NCBI GenBank assembly: GCA_030390025.1
Contig: CM059432.1
Span: 56,298,001 to 56,362,000, forward strand
From: Squalus acanthias
Lineage: Eukaryota
DNA length: 64,000 nucleotides
Reading direction: 5' to 3'
Shown: in pieces, positions 1-12,934 of the stretch
Layout: each line of letters opens with the position of its first letter
How positions within the stretch are numbered: the first letter of the stretch is position 1
Program-made: the position numbers and the translations under genes
Notes under the pieces: model-generated
Seen by the model: only the letters and a program-made list of their open reading frames with translations
The model's database searches: none
Told to the model about the DNA's origin: nothing

Positions 1-3000
1 CCCCTCCCTCTTTCTCTCTCCCCCCTCCCTCTTTCTCTCTCTCCCCCTCCCTCTTTCTCTCTCTCCCCCTCCCTCTTTCTCTCTCTCTCCCCCTCCCTCT
101 TTATCTCTCTCTCCTCCCTCCCTCTTTCTCTCTCTCTCCTCCCTCTCTTTCTCTCTCTCTCTCCTCCCTCTCTTTCTCTCTCTCTCTCCTCCCTCCCTCT
201 TTCTCTCTCTCCTCCCTCCCTCTTTCTCTCTCTCCTCCCTCCCTCTTTCTCTCTCTCCTCCCTCCCTCTTTCTCTCTCCCTCCTCCCTCCTTCTCTCTCT
301 CCCTCCTCCCTCTTTCTCTCTCTCTCCCTCCTCCCTCTTTCTCTCTCTCCCTCCTCCCTCTTTCTCTCTCTCCCTCCTCCCTCTTTCTCTCTCTCCCTCC
401 TCCCTCTTTCTCTCTCTCTCCCCCTCCCTCTTTCTCTCTCTCTCCCCCACCCTCTTTCTCTCTCTCTCCCCCTCCCTCTTTCTCTCTCTCTCCCCCTCCC
501 TCTTTCTCTCTCTCTCCCCCTCCCTCTTTCTCTCTCTCCCCCTCCCTCTTTCTCTCTCTCCCCCTCCCTCTTTCTCTCTCTCTCTCCTCCCTCCCTCTTT
601 CTCTCTCTCTCCTCCCTCCCTCTTTCTCTCTCTCTCTCCTCCCTCCCTCTTTCTCTCTCTCCTCCCTCCCTCTTTCTCTCTCTCCTCCCTCCTTCTCTCT
701 CTCCCTCCTCCCTCCTTCTCTCTCTCCCTCCTCCCTCTTTCTCTCTCTCTCCCTCCTCCCTCTTTCTCTCTCTCCCTCCTCCCTCTTTCTCTCTCTCCCT
801 CCTCCCTCTTTCTCTCTCTCCCTCCTCCCTCTTTCTCTCTCTCTCCCCCTCCCTCTTTCTCTCTCTCTCCCCCTCCCTCTTTCTCTCTCTCTCCCCCCTC
901 CCTCTTTCTCTCTCTCTCCCCCTCCCTCTTCTCTCTCCCTCCCCCTCCCTCTTTCTCTCTCTCTCCCCCTCCCTCTTTCTCTCTCTCTCTCCTCCCTCCC
1001 TCTCTCTCTCCTCCCTCCCTCTTTCTCTCTCTCCTCCCTCCCTCTTTCTCTCTCTCCTCCCTCCCTCTTTCTCCCTCCTCCCTCCTTCTCTCTCTCCCTC
1101 CTCCCTCCTTCTCTCTCTCCCTCCTCCCTCTTTCTCTCTCTCCCTCCTCCCTCTTTCTCTCTCTCCCTCCTCCCTCTTTCTCTCTCTCCCTCCTCCCTCT
1201 TTCTCTCCCCCTCCCTCTTTCTCTCTCTCTCCCCCTCCCTCTTTCTCTCTCTCTCCCCCTCCCTCTTTCTCTCTCTCTCCCCTCCCTCTTTCTCTCTCTC
1301 TCCCCTCCCTCTTTCTCTCTCTCTCCCCCTCCCTCTTTCTCTCTCTCTCTCTCCCCCCCCTCTCTCTCTCCTCCCTCCCTCTTTCTCTCTCTCTCCTCCC
1401 TCCCTCTTTCTCTCTCTCTCCTCCCTCCCTCTTTCTCTCTCTCTCCTCCCTCCCTCTTTCTCTCTCTCCTCCCTCCCTCTTTCTCCCTCCTCCCTCTTTC
1501 TCCCTCCTCCCTCTTTCTCTCTCCCTCCTCCCTCTTTCTCTCTCCTCCTCCCTCTTTCTCTCTCCCCCTCCCTCTTTCTCTCTCTCCCCCTCCCTCTTTC
1601 TCTCTCTCCCCCTCCCTCTTTCACTCTCTCTCCCCCTCCCTCTTTCTCTCTCTCTCCCCCCTCCCTCTTTCTCTCTCTCTCCCCCTCCCTCTTTCTCTCT
1701 CTCTCCCCCTCCCTCTTTCTCTCTCTCTCCCCCTCCCTCTTTCTCTCTCTCTCCCCCTCCCTCTTTCTCTCTCTCTCCCCCTCCCTCTTTCTCTCTCTCT
1801 CCCCCTCCCTCTTTCTCTCTCTCTCTCCCCCTCCCTCTTTCTCTCTCTCTCTCCCCCTCCCTCTTTCTCTCTCTCTCTCCCCCTCCCTCTTTCTCTCTCT
1901 CTCTCCCCCTCCCTCTTTCTCTCTCTCTCTCCCCCTCCCTCTTTCTCTCTCTCTCTCCCCCTCCCTCTTTCTCTCTCTCTCTCTCCCCCTCCCTCTTTCT
2001 CTCTCTCTCTCCCCCTCCCTCTTTCTCTCTCTCTCTCCCCCTCCCTCTTTCTCTCTCTCTCTCCCCCTCCCTCTTTCTCTCTCTCTCTCCCCCTCCCTCT
2101 TTCTCTCTCTCTCTCTCCCCCTCCCTCTTTCTCTCTCTCTCTCCCCCTCCCTCTTTCTCTCTCTCTCCCCCTCCCTCTTTCTCTCTCTCTCCCCCCTCCC
2201 TCTTTCTCTCTCTCTCCCCCCTCCCTCTTTCTCTCTCTCTCCCCCCTCCCTCTTTCTCTCTCTCTCCCCCCTCCCTCTTTCTCTCTCTCTCCCCCTCCCT
2301 CTTTCTCTCTCTCTCCTCCCTCCCTCTTTCTCTCTCTCTCCTCCCTCCCTCTTTCTCTCTCTCTCCTCCCTCCTTCTCTCTCTCTCCCTCCTCCCTCTTT
2401 CTCTCTCTGTCTCTCTCTCCCTTCTCCCTTCCCCCCCTTCTCCCTTCCCCCCTTCTCCCTTCCCCCCCTTCTCCCTTCCCCCCCCCTTCTCCCTTCCCCC
2501 CCCTTCTCCCTCCCCCCCTTCTCCCTTCCCCCCCCTTCTCCCTCCCCCCCTTCTCCCTCCCCCCCTTCTCCCTCCCCCCCCTTCTCCCTCCCCCCCCTTC
2601 TCCCTCCCCCCCCTTCTCCCTCCCCCCCCATCTCCCTCCCCCCCTTCTCCCTCCCCCCCCTTCTCCCTCCCCCCCTTCTCCCTCCCCCCCTTCTCCTTCA
2701 CCCCCTTCTCCTTCACCCCCTTCTCCTTCACCCCCTTCCCCTTCACCCCCTTCTCCCTTCACCCCCTTCTCCCTTCACCCCCTTCTCCCTTCACCCCCTT
2801 CTCCCTTCACCCCCTTCTCCCTTCACCCCCTTCTCCCTTCACCCCCTTCTCCCTTCACCCCCTTCTCCCTTCACTCCCTTCACCCCCTTCTCCCTTCACC
2901 CCCTTCTCCCTTCACCCCCTTCTCCCTTCACCCCCTTCTCCCTTCACCCCCTTCTCCCTTCACCCCCTTCTCCCTTCACCCCCTTCTCCCTTCACCCCCT

Positions 3001-4580
3001 TCTCCCTTCACCCCCTTCTCCCTTCACCCCCTTCACTCCCTTCACCCCCTTCACCCCCCTTCTCCCTTCACCCCCTTCTCCCTTCCCCCCCCCTTCTCCC
3101 TTCCCCCCCCTTCTCCCTTCCCCCCCCCCTTCTCCCTTCCCCCCCCCCCTTCTCCCTTCCCCCCCTGCCCCCCTTCCCTCCCTCCCTCTTTCGCTCTCTC
3201 CCCCCCTTCTCCCTTCCTCTCCTTCCCCCCCCCTTCTCCCTCCCCCCCCCCTTCTCCCTTCCCCCCCCTTCTCCCTCCCCCCCCTTCTCCCCTCCCCCCC
3301 CCTTCTCCCTCCCCCCCTTCTCCCTCCCCCCCTCTCCCTCCCCCCTTCTCCCTTCTCCCTTCTCCCTTCCCCCCTTCTCCCCTTCTCCCCTTCTCCCCTT
3401 CTCCCCTTCTCCCCTTCTCCCCTTCTCCCCTTCTCCCCTTCTCCCCTTCTCCCCTTCTCCCCTTCTCCCCTTCTCCCCTTCCTCCCCTTCCTCCCCTTCC
3501 TCCCCTTCCTCCCCTTCACCCCCCCTTCTCCCTTCCCCCCCCCTTCTCCCTTCCCCCCCCTTCTCCCTTCCCCCCCCCCCTTCTCCTTCCCCCCCCCCCT
3601 TCTCCCTTCCCCCCCCTTCTCCCTTCCCCCCCTTCTCCCTTCCCCCCCTGCCCCCCTTCCCTCCCTCCCTCTTTCGCTCTCTCCCCCCCCTTCTCCCTTC
3701 CTCTCCCTTCCCCCCCCTTCTCCCTCCCCCCCCCCTTCTCCCTTCCCCCCCCTTCTCCCTTCCCCCCCCTTCTCCCCTTCTCCCCTTCTCCCCTTCTCCC
3801 CTTCTCCCCTTCTCCCCTTCTCCCCTTCCTCCCCTTCCTCCCCTTCCTCCCCTTCACCCCCCCTTCTCCCTTCCCCCCCCCTTCTCCCTTCCCCCCCCTT
3901 CTCCCTTCCCCCCCCCCTTCTCCCTTCCCCCCCCTTCTCCCTTCCCCCCCCTTCTCCCTTCCCCCCCTTCTCCCTTCCCCCCCTGCCCCCCTTCCCTCCC
4001 TCCCTCTTTCGCTCTCTCCCCCCCCTTCTCCCTTCCTCTCCCTTCCCCCCCCTTCTCCCTCCCCCCCCCCTTCTCCCTTCCCCCCCCTTCTCCCTTCCCC
4101 CCCCTTCTCCCTCCCCCCCCTTCTCCCTCCCCCCCTTCTCCCTCCCCCCCTTCTCCCTCCCCCCCTTCTCCCTCCCCCCCTTCTCCCTCCCCCCCTTCTC
4201 CCTCCCCCCCTTCTCCCTCCCCCCCTTCTCCCTCCCCCCCCTTCTCCCTCCCCCCCTTCTCCCTCCCCCCCTTCTCCCTCCCCCCCTTCTCCCTCCCCCC
4301 CTTCCCCTTCTCCCCTTCTCCCCTTCTCCCCTTCTCCCCTTCTCCCCTTCTCCCCTTCTCCCCTTCTCCCCTTCTCCCCTTCTCCCCTTCTCCCCTTCTC
4401 CCCTTCTCCCCTTCTCCCCTTCTCCCCTTCTCCCCTTCCTCCCCTTCCTCCCCTTCCTCCCCTTCCTCCCCTTCCTCCCCTTCCTCCCCTTCCTCCCCTT
4501 CCCCCCCCCTTTCCCCCCCCCCTTTCCCCCCCTTCCTCTCTTCCCCCCCCTTCTCCCTCCCCCCCCCCTCTCCCTCTCTT
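1..4580. repeat. Giant CT-rich low-complexity/minisatellite tract (polypyrimidine on +, polypurine on -), truncated by window start
   Basis: Almost exclusively C/T for 4.58 kb. Successive units CTCCCTCTTT(CT)n, CCCCCTTCTCCCT, CACCCCCTTCTCCCTT and CCCCTTCT. The G/E/R/K ORFs on - are artefacts of this. Confidence 0.97.
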
Positions 4581-4662
4581 TATTCTGACCTGCTGAGTAT
4601 TTCCAGCATTTTCTGTTTTTATTTCAGATATCCAGCATCCGCAGTATTTTGCTTTTGTATTA
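4581..4662 (+). mobile_element. Penelope-like pseudo-LTR 3' fragment
   Basis: ctgacctgctgagtatttccagcattttctgtttttatttcagatatccagcatccgcagtattttgc matches the reverse complement of the 3' ends of the Penelope copies at 30524 and 50729 and of 60686-60780. Confidence 0.75.
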
Positions 4663-5542
4663 ATAGCTCCAATTCCTTTTGGAGAACGGAGTCTTTGTGG
4701 GTTTGTACGCCCTATATTGAGCTAGGGATTCACAATCAGCTGCAGAAACATGATTTGTACTCAAGTGAATAGTAAAAGAATCTCCTGTAAAAAGACCAAC
4801 TACTCAAGTGAAATGCAGATCAAATAAGAATTAGAGTTTCTAAAACCAAGAAAGTGTCAGTGACTTATCTTGAAAGATGTTGATTGTACATGCCAGTACT
4901 CAAAAGTTGCACTCCTCCATAATTTGTATGAGTGTACAAACAATAAATAGATACAAGTAGTCGTTGACAGGGTCATCAAACTATTTATTTGAATGACAAT
5001 TAATTGACAGTTCCTTAACAAAATAAATAAGAGATTGTAAAGGAAATTCAGTAGTGTCACTGTAAATCAGCATTAATTGAATCGCTGATTGTTAAATTTT
5101 ATAGTTGCAATCAGTATCTGTGACAGAGATAAATTGGTCAGATTAATCTCGGATTAAACTCCTTAGTTTGCAACAGCACTAGATAGCCAGTCTATTGAAT
5201 AGATTAGAGTTTATGTGCTGGTGGTTAGCTATGTTTTCAGAGCTTAAACAACATTGTCTTATGAGTGGTTGAGTCGATCTTCCTTCCCTGAGGTGGTGGC
5301 ATTAGCTTCCAGAAGATAGAGTTCATGAGCCCCTAAGGTAATCTGTTCCACTTGGACCCTCTGTTCCGACTATACCCACCTTATGTGAGAGTGACTATAT
5401 TTGAACCAGCTGGCTTGGCTCTCACCTCCTTGATCTCAGACAACTTATACAATGAAGTGACATACTTAACTCTGCCTGTAAGGTACACATGCATTGTTCT
5501 CTATCTATATATGCTTTGTCGAGTCTGTATTTCTTTACTACT

Positions 5543-5584
5543 TCACCTGAGGAAGGGGTGATCGATAGCTCCGAAAGCTTGTGA
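5543..5584 (+). ncRNA. Minimal type I hammerhead ribozyme motif in a solo Penelope-type pLTR (second family)
   Basis: UCAC-CUGAGGA-A-[GGGGU..GCUCC stem II]-GAAA-GC-UU-GUGA: core CUGANGA/GAAA, stem I UCAC/GUGA, palindromic loopless stem III AGCU. Followed by AATAAA. Confidence 0.7.
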
Positions 5585-6049
5585 TTTCAAATAAAACTGT
5601 TGGACTATAACCTGGTGTTGTACGACCTCTCAATTTTAGCTAGCTGGTGCAGCTGTACAATCTGTCTTAAAAAACCTCTTGCTCTCTGTCTTGAATATAC
5701 TTGGTATTTATAACAGTACCCTTCTACATCTGTTGGGTCAAGATTACATCTTATCGTTGGTAACAAATGTTCTATTTAAGTAATCCTTCTAGGTTTTAAT
5801 TAGTTTTGATTTTCCTAGCCATTCCCCAGCATTCTGTTTAATTACTGACTATGCTTTATGTGGCCACCTTTATGCTGGAACTCCACTTTGAGAACACAAT
5901 TCAGCCAATTTACAAAACAAAATCAAAATTCAGTTTGTCTTTCTTTTGGCCTTATCTACTTGTGCTGCTGCCTTTCATGATTGGTGCAAGTGTACACCAA
6001 GGTTCCTCATGCTCCTCTACTCCATTTTAAAATATACCATTTAACAATC

Positions 6050-7358
6050 TATTATTAAGGACGTGGTGACAGGGCACTTGGAAGATCACTGATTAGGCAA
6101 AGTCAACCGGTTTTATGAAAGGGAAATCGTGTTTGACAAAACGGTTAGTTTTTTTTGAGCGTGTAACTAGCAGGGTAGATAAAGGGGGAACCAGTGGACG
6201 TAGTATATTTGGATTTTCAGAACGCATCCGATAAGGTGCCACACAAAGTTGTTACATAAGAATAGGGCTCATGGGATTGGGGGTAATGTTAGCATGGATT
6301 GACGATTGATTAACAGACAGAAAACAGAGTAGGAATAAATGGGTTATTTTCAGAATGGCAGGATGTAACTAGTGGAGTGCATCAAGGATCAGTGCTTGGG
6401 CCTCAGCTATTTACAATCTATATTAATGACTTCGATGAGGGACTGAGTGTAATATATCCAAGTTCGCTGATGATACAAAGCTAGGTGGGAAAGTAAGCTG
6501 TGAGGAGGAAGTAAAGAGGCTGCAAAGGGGTATAGGAGGTGGCAGATGGAGTATAATGTGGGGAAATATGAAATTAATCCACTTTGGTAGGAAGAATGGA
6601 AAAGCAGAATATATTTTACAAGTGAGACTCCAGTAAATGTTGGGATTCAGAGGGATTACGAACCACTGAAAGTTAACATGCAGGTACAGCAAGCAATTCG
6701 GAAGGCAGATGGTATGTTAGCCTTTCATTGTAAGGGGGTTGGAGTACAAGATTAAGAAAATCTTGCTGCAGTTATATAGAGCTTTGGTGAGACCACACCT
6801 GGAGTACTGTGTACAGTTTTGGTCTACTTACCTAAGGAAGGATATACTTGCCTTAGAGGGGGTGCCACGAAGGTTCACTAGATTGATTTCGTGGTGGGTT
6901 GAGAGGACTGTCATATGAGGAGAGATTGTGTAGAATGGGCCTATATTTGCTGGCGTTTAGAAGAATGAGAGGTGTTCTCATTGAAACACATAAAATTCTT
7001 AGAGGGCTTGACAGGGTAGATGCTGAGAGGCTGTTTCCCCTGGCTGAAGAGTCTAGAACCAGGGGTCCTAGTCTTGGGATAAGGGATTGGCTATTTAGGA
7101 CTGAGATGAGGAGGAATTTCTTCACTCGGAGGGTTGTGAATCTTTGGAATTCTCTACCCCAGGGGTCTGTGGATGCTCAGTCGTTGAGTATATTCAAGAC
7201 AGAGATCGATAGATTTTTAGACACAGAGAATCAAGGGATATGGGGACAGGGTGGGAAAGTGGAGTTGATGTAAAAGTTCAGGCATGATCTGATTGAATGG
7301 CGGAGCAGGCTCAAGGGGTCATATGGCCTACTCCTGCTCCTATTTCTTATGTTCTTAT
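6050..7358 (+). mobile_element. CR1 LINE, 5'-truncated, decayed RT and 3' UTR
   Basis: RT remnants ([26 protein letters not shown]), C-terminal RRNFFTRRVVNLWNSLP, tail ttcttatgttctt. Confidence 0.9.
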
Positions 7359-7442
7359 TTCCTTTCCCTAGTCTTAGTTCCACTACCTGTCATAATGATG
7401 GTCTTCTGTGTACAGTTATTCTGATTCTGATTTTAATTCTAA

Positions 7443-7637
<195 letters not shown>

Positions 7638-8314
7638 TAGTGTTTTGGGTGAAACGTTGCAGTATTGACTGTCTGACAAAACATGTCTAGTTTTGGCTTA
7701 TTGGACTATCCTTTAAATCTAGCTACAGCACATAAGGAGTTTAAAAGCCAGCTGCAGCCCTAATCTTGTACCAAGTTTAGCTAGATAGACATGTTTTAGT
7801 TTTGTTTGGTTGTCTCCAAAGCTTGAGTGAGGAGGTCATCTACTTTCAACCAGCCTATATGGTGACCAATTATTTTTGAATGGGTTTGACACTTGTTCAA
7901 CTCTGATGTCTTGCTAACTGTTTTCAGGGATATTTAAGGAGTTGTAGTTGTTTGAATCTTGGAGTTGGTTTGCAGTTCTCAAGAGAATAGTTTAAGCCAG
8001 CATCAGCTCCTGCAGTGATGAGAAATAAAAGAAACAAAACAGTGTGTATATAAAAATATTCTATCGAAGAATAATTTAACATTATTTTGTGACTTTTTAT
8101 TGTTTTCCTTACAATCAGTTAGATAGAAAGATTTCTATTGCAAATATATATGTATTAAATCAGGCAGTTATTACCTTGTTCATCTTGGGTAAAGCTAGAT
8201 ACCCGTAATAATTTACAGATATTACAGATGAACAGTAGTTTAAAAAGGAGCAGAACAAAGGGAATAGAGAGGGAAAAAAACGCATGCACAACACAGTTCA
8301 TCTGTAATGTACTG

Positions 8315-8445
8315 CAATTTTGGTGAGGGGTCCACTCCCAAAACATTAACTCATTTGTTCTCTCAGCAGATGCTGCTTGAGCTGCTGAGTGTTTCTAACA
8401 TTTTCTGTTTTTGTTCCATATTTTCAGTATCTGCAGTTTTTATTC
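8315..8445 (+). mobile_element. Degenerate Penelope pLTR with decayed hammerhead remnant
   Basis: ttggtgaggggtccactcccaaaacattaactc ... cagatgctgcttgagctgctgagtgtttctaacattttctgtttttg resembles the pLTR of the 30.5 kb and 50.7 kb elements. Confidence 0.55.
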
Positions 8446-9599
8446 CTTTTTGTCATAATTGGATAATAAGTAGAGGAGATTATTGATATGGAGAAGGAAT
8501 GGTGGGAAAGAACAGCGAGGAGGTACTAGAGTTATTGGAGAAAGAGCTAAGAGGACAAATGAATTTGAGTGGAAGCTAGATAGCCAGGAACGTAGTTTAG
8601 GTTGGGAAGCCATATCATTGTAACTAATTCAGAAGTTACAGCTAAGAAGTAGAAAGAAGACTAACCATTTAAATAACTGTAGGAAACTTCACAAGGAATT
8701 AATAATTTGGATATAATTTGCATGCATTGTTTTGCTGCATATCAAATAATTTTATTTTTAATCAGTTCTTAAGAAAATAGTCTTTTAGATTTTAATGTTC
8801 AATACATAGTAAACACTTTAATTCAAAGATAGGATCGCTGTTTCACTGTTGTACACTCGCATGTACTCCTATTCTGTCTTAACGAATAGGTTAAAACAGG
8901 CACCTGATGAGCCACATGTCTGAATCCTGTGAAGTAAGCGGCACTGCACTAATGTTAAGCAATCAATGAGTTGCAATAAAATAGACTTGCTGAATTTGTT
9001 TACATTTTCTGATGTAATGAATTACTATAGGCACCTCTGTCTCAGAGCTTTTAAGTCATGGATGTTCAGAAATCACATTTCAAGTTTTTGAAATGTTTTC
9101 GTATTAGTAAATTTGAAGGGCTCGAACCTTTAGAGGATGGTTAAACCTCAAGTCTTGCTAATCTCTTAAGCTGTATATATATTGGGAATTCGACTTTGAC
9201 TGATAGAATAATATGATGAATAGATTACAGTGGGAAGTTAATTTAAGAAATCTATGACGGTCATGCTTGGGTGAGTAATTCATTGTGTCTTGATGACCAT
9301 TATAAAAGTACATTGCTAGTGCTCAGTTGAAGTTACAGTATCTCTCCTGATTTTTGAGACAAAATAGTAGAAAAGTAGGTGTTGCGCTTTTTAAATTTGT
9401 TTTAACACTTGCACTATTTAGCTGTGTTTGTTTAGAAACTCCTTGTACGAGACTAAGTGAGGCTCTAACAAAATTTACTAGTTAGAGTGTGCCACCAAGT
9501 TTGAAAAGAATAGAAGAGAAGTAAGTTGGGAAGTTGTGATTAGCTGATGCCAGATTGGGTTTTAAAAGCTTATAGATTGTAAGTGGCTAGCAAGACTGT

Positions 9600-10760
9600 G
9601 GGAGGTATGGCGTTCCACACTTCAGAGATGTTGAGAAACAGACTGGGCTATGAGCCTTCATTTCAACACTGTAGGGATACAAGGAGGAGAAAGATTGTAT
9701 AGGATGGTGTATCTGTAACTTAGAAGGAACAAGGTAGAGATGTTCAGGTAAAGGTTGCCAATCAAATATTTTTGTGCTAGAAGAGCCTCCCCAGACAAAC
9801 TTGGCCTTTATAAATGAGTTGAGGGGAAAAGAAATGCTTGGCATGAAAGATAGAAATCAAGCTTTTGGAGGCCGCTTAAGCAATGGATCATGTGGGAGCA
9901 CTATTTCAGGTCAGATGACTATTGAGGCCAAGAATGCCAATAGGTGGAATACTCAGGTTGGAGCCATCAAAATTAATAGGTGACTTGCGGGCGACATGAA
10001 ACTGGGTCCATAAAGAACTGTAAGAAATGATTTTAATTTGCCCATTGAAGTGTATGGAGGAAGTTGAGATGTAGTTCTCGTGGGAGGACTGGAGATTGTG
10101 AGCACTGAAGATATTACCCAGAGGACGTTGATTGATATGGCGTGAATTCATGAGTGAAAGTGATCATGAGCAGAGGAGGAACAGAATGAGTAAAAGGACA
10201 GAGCCATTGGGAAGCCCTGTGAGAGGCAGAGAATAAGATGTCAATGACAACACCGATAATGTTATTGTGAAGAAACTAGATTGCTATCAACATCGTTTTG
10301 GTGGGAGGCCATATGATGGTAACTTGTTTAGAAGCACACTCTACATTAATCATTTCCAGACCCTGTGAAAGGCTTTGGAGTTATACAAAATAATGACTCC
10401 TGAATCACCAAAGAATTCTAAAGGTGTGTAATACAGACACAATCACCTGTAATATGGTAATGGTGAAAACTATACTGTCTATTTCAGTGAAGTATGAAAG
10501 CTTCCATGCCAGCTAAAATAATGTTACTAGTGCAGATAGATGATCTGAAGGGTGAAAACTGGGATTGGATCATGGAAAGAAAGCAAAGAATCATTGAAGA
10601 CTAAGTTGGCTGACATAATGCCAGAGAAGAAGGGAGTGGTTGACAGGGTGGAAGAGAATTTTTCAATTTTAATTAAAAAAGATAGACATTTCATGCTTTT
10701 GCATGAAACTAAGGATGTCCAATTCTTGGGACTAATGGCCCAGAACTACTAAAAAGTGGA
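9600..10760 (-). mobile_element. Highly decayed LINE RT relic (boundaries approximate)
   Basis: Reverse strand near 10180-10225 reads TGLPNGSVLLLILFL, a degenerate [13 protein letters not shown] motif. Confidence 0.35.
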
Positions 10761-10844
10761 CCATGTTTGATCAAATCACATTTGAGTCAGGTTGAAACAT
10801 AATTAAACATATGGTCCAATGCATTGCCACATCCCAGATGTATC

Positions 10845-11112
10845 TGTCTCAAACTCCCTGTTTGAGTTCCTCCAGTTCTCCCCTGTCCACAGTACCAAGG
10901 CAGTTCTGGCCAAAGTCACAAGCAGCATCTCTGGTCGTTTATCTCTTTTGTTCTGCTCGGCTTCTTAGCAGCGTTTGATATAGTGGACCACACCGTTAGT
11001 CTCCATCACCTCTCTTCAGTTGTCCAGGTTTGTGGGATTGCCATTGAGTGGTTCTGCTCTTATCTATCCAAACACAGTCAATGGATCTCCAGCAATGGTT
11101 TCTCTTCCCACC
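10845..11112 (+). mobile_element. L2 LINE RT fragment
   Basis: Degenerate HSTKAVLAKVT and SAAFDIVDH motifs; similar to other L2 pieces in the window. Confidence 0.6.
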
Positions 11113-11994
11113 CATGCAATGCGATCCAGATTGTGAAACCGTTGTGAGGTGAAAAGACTACAGAGTAGGGGGAAAAAGCCATAGAAGCAGGACGCAGAGC
11201 CAATTAGTTCAGGAAAAAGGCCACCGAAGCAGCTCAAAAGAACGATAAGAGCAGACCATGAAGTATCAGATAAAACCACTACAGCAGCAGTGGCAGGGAT
11301 CAAGTGGGGTCAGCAAACTTGCAATTTCTGCATATGCGGATGAATGTTTCCATGTTGCAAAGGAACATGCTTCAGAAATTGAGCTTTTTATGGACTGGCT
11401 TGTGTTGTGGTCCTTAATAACGGGCATTGCTGCCCTGCTTCCCAATGTTACGGAATTGCAACTCCGGCACTTGAAATACTAGATTTCAACATTGTAAAGT
11501 TTAATTTTAAATTTGCAATTTCACAATAAAATTGAATTTAACAGGATCTCTGGGTAGAACAGTTATTGGGCACGAAAGTCGCTGGCATGCTCAGTTTTGT
11601 TAAGAGGTGTCTAGAGTTACTCCAAGGTAGGTTTGCCAAACACTGACAGAAACTCTGCCCTTTTTCTGACACAAAGTTGCAGCTCAGCACAAAGCCACAG
11701 CTGAATTAAGTGAGTGCTGTGAATAACAAAATTGCCAGAGTGCAGTGATCTGACACTCGCAAGGAGGTGTGCTGCTCTTCTCTCCATTTGGAATTTACCT
11801 CAATAATTCAGAATATTGCGGGTCTTGATTGGGAGAGGGAGAGCACCACTCTTGGAAGTACTTCCTGCTAGTAGACCCACTGCATTCAAAGTGAAAGCTG
11901 GCAGTTCTATATTTTTTAATTTCCTACTGTCAGATCAACTTTTTCTGCTTGTGGGTATTTCATATTTCTTCAACCAGGAGCTGTTTAATTGTCT

Positions 11995-12700
11995 TTTTTA
12001 AAATTCATTTATGGGATGTGGGCGTCGCTGGCAAGGCCAGCATTTATTGCCCATCCCTAATTGCCTTCGAGAAGGTGGTGGTGAACCGCTGCAGTCCGTG
12101 TGGTGAAGGTACTCCCACAGTGCTGTGAGGGAGGGAGTTCCAGGATTTTGACCCAGCGACGATGAAGGATCGGCAATATACTTCTAAGTCAGGATGGTGT
12201 GTGACTTGGAGGTGGTGGTGTTCCCATGCGCCTGCTGCCCTTGTCCTTCTAGGTGGAAGAGGTCGCGGGTTTGGGAGGCGCTGCCGAAGAAGCCTTGACG
12301 AGTTGCTGCAGTGCATCTTGTAGATGGTACACACTGCAGCCACGGTACGCCAGTGGTGGAGGGAGTGAATGTTTAAGGTAGTGGATGGGGTGCCAATCAA
12401 GCGGGCTGCTTTGTCCTGGATGGTGTTGAGCTTCTTGAGTGTTGTTGGAGCTGCACTCATCCAGGCAAGTGAAAAGTATTCCATCACACTCCTGACTTGT
12501 GCCTTGTAGATGGTGGAAAGGCTTTGGGGAGTCAGGAGGTGAGACACTTGCCACAGAATACCTAGCCTCTGCCCTGCTCTTGTTGCCACAGTATTTATGT
12601 GGCTGGTCCAGTTAAGTTTCTGGTCAATGGTGACCCCCAGGATGTTGATGGTGGGGGATTTGGCGATGGTAATACCGTTGAATGTCAAGGGGAGGTGAAA
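11995..12700 (-). mobile_element. 3' fragment of a second LINE family (CR1/L2 group), same family as 20305-23430
   Basis: ORF 12044..12787 (ILGVTIDQKLNWTSHI, YKAQVRSVMEY, SWNSLP) is near-identical to the C-terminus of ORF 20368..21408; shared 3' end. Confidence 0.9.
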
Positions 12701-12934
12701 TTGGGAAGGGTTAATGGGAACTGAACACCCTTGTATGAAACCTTGGTTTTCTGCACAAACTACAACATTTGAAGGAGATGTCAGCAAGACTCATGCGCTT
12801 CTTAGAGGAAATATCAAAGGGCAAGCGAAACTACTCACCTCTTGCATATTGGGATAGGACAGATATCTTTCTCAACTCACTGCCACCAATGTGGTGTGAT
12901 TTAGGGTATTTTAAAGTTCCTTCTTTAACGGGCA

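Noticed and set aside
101..3857. Long G/E/R/K-rich ORFs on - (881, 336, 175, 113 aa)
   Set aside because: A purine-only strand almost never encodes stops; these are translations of the CT repeat with no real start codon context or domain.
8901..8931. cacCTGATGAgccacatgtctGAATcctgtg as a hammerhead
   Set aside because: CUGAUGA and a CAC/GUG stem are present, but stem II pairs poorly, GAAA is GAAU, there is no proper stem III and no pLTR context.
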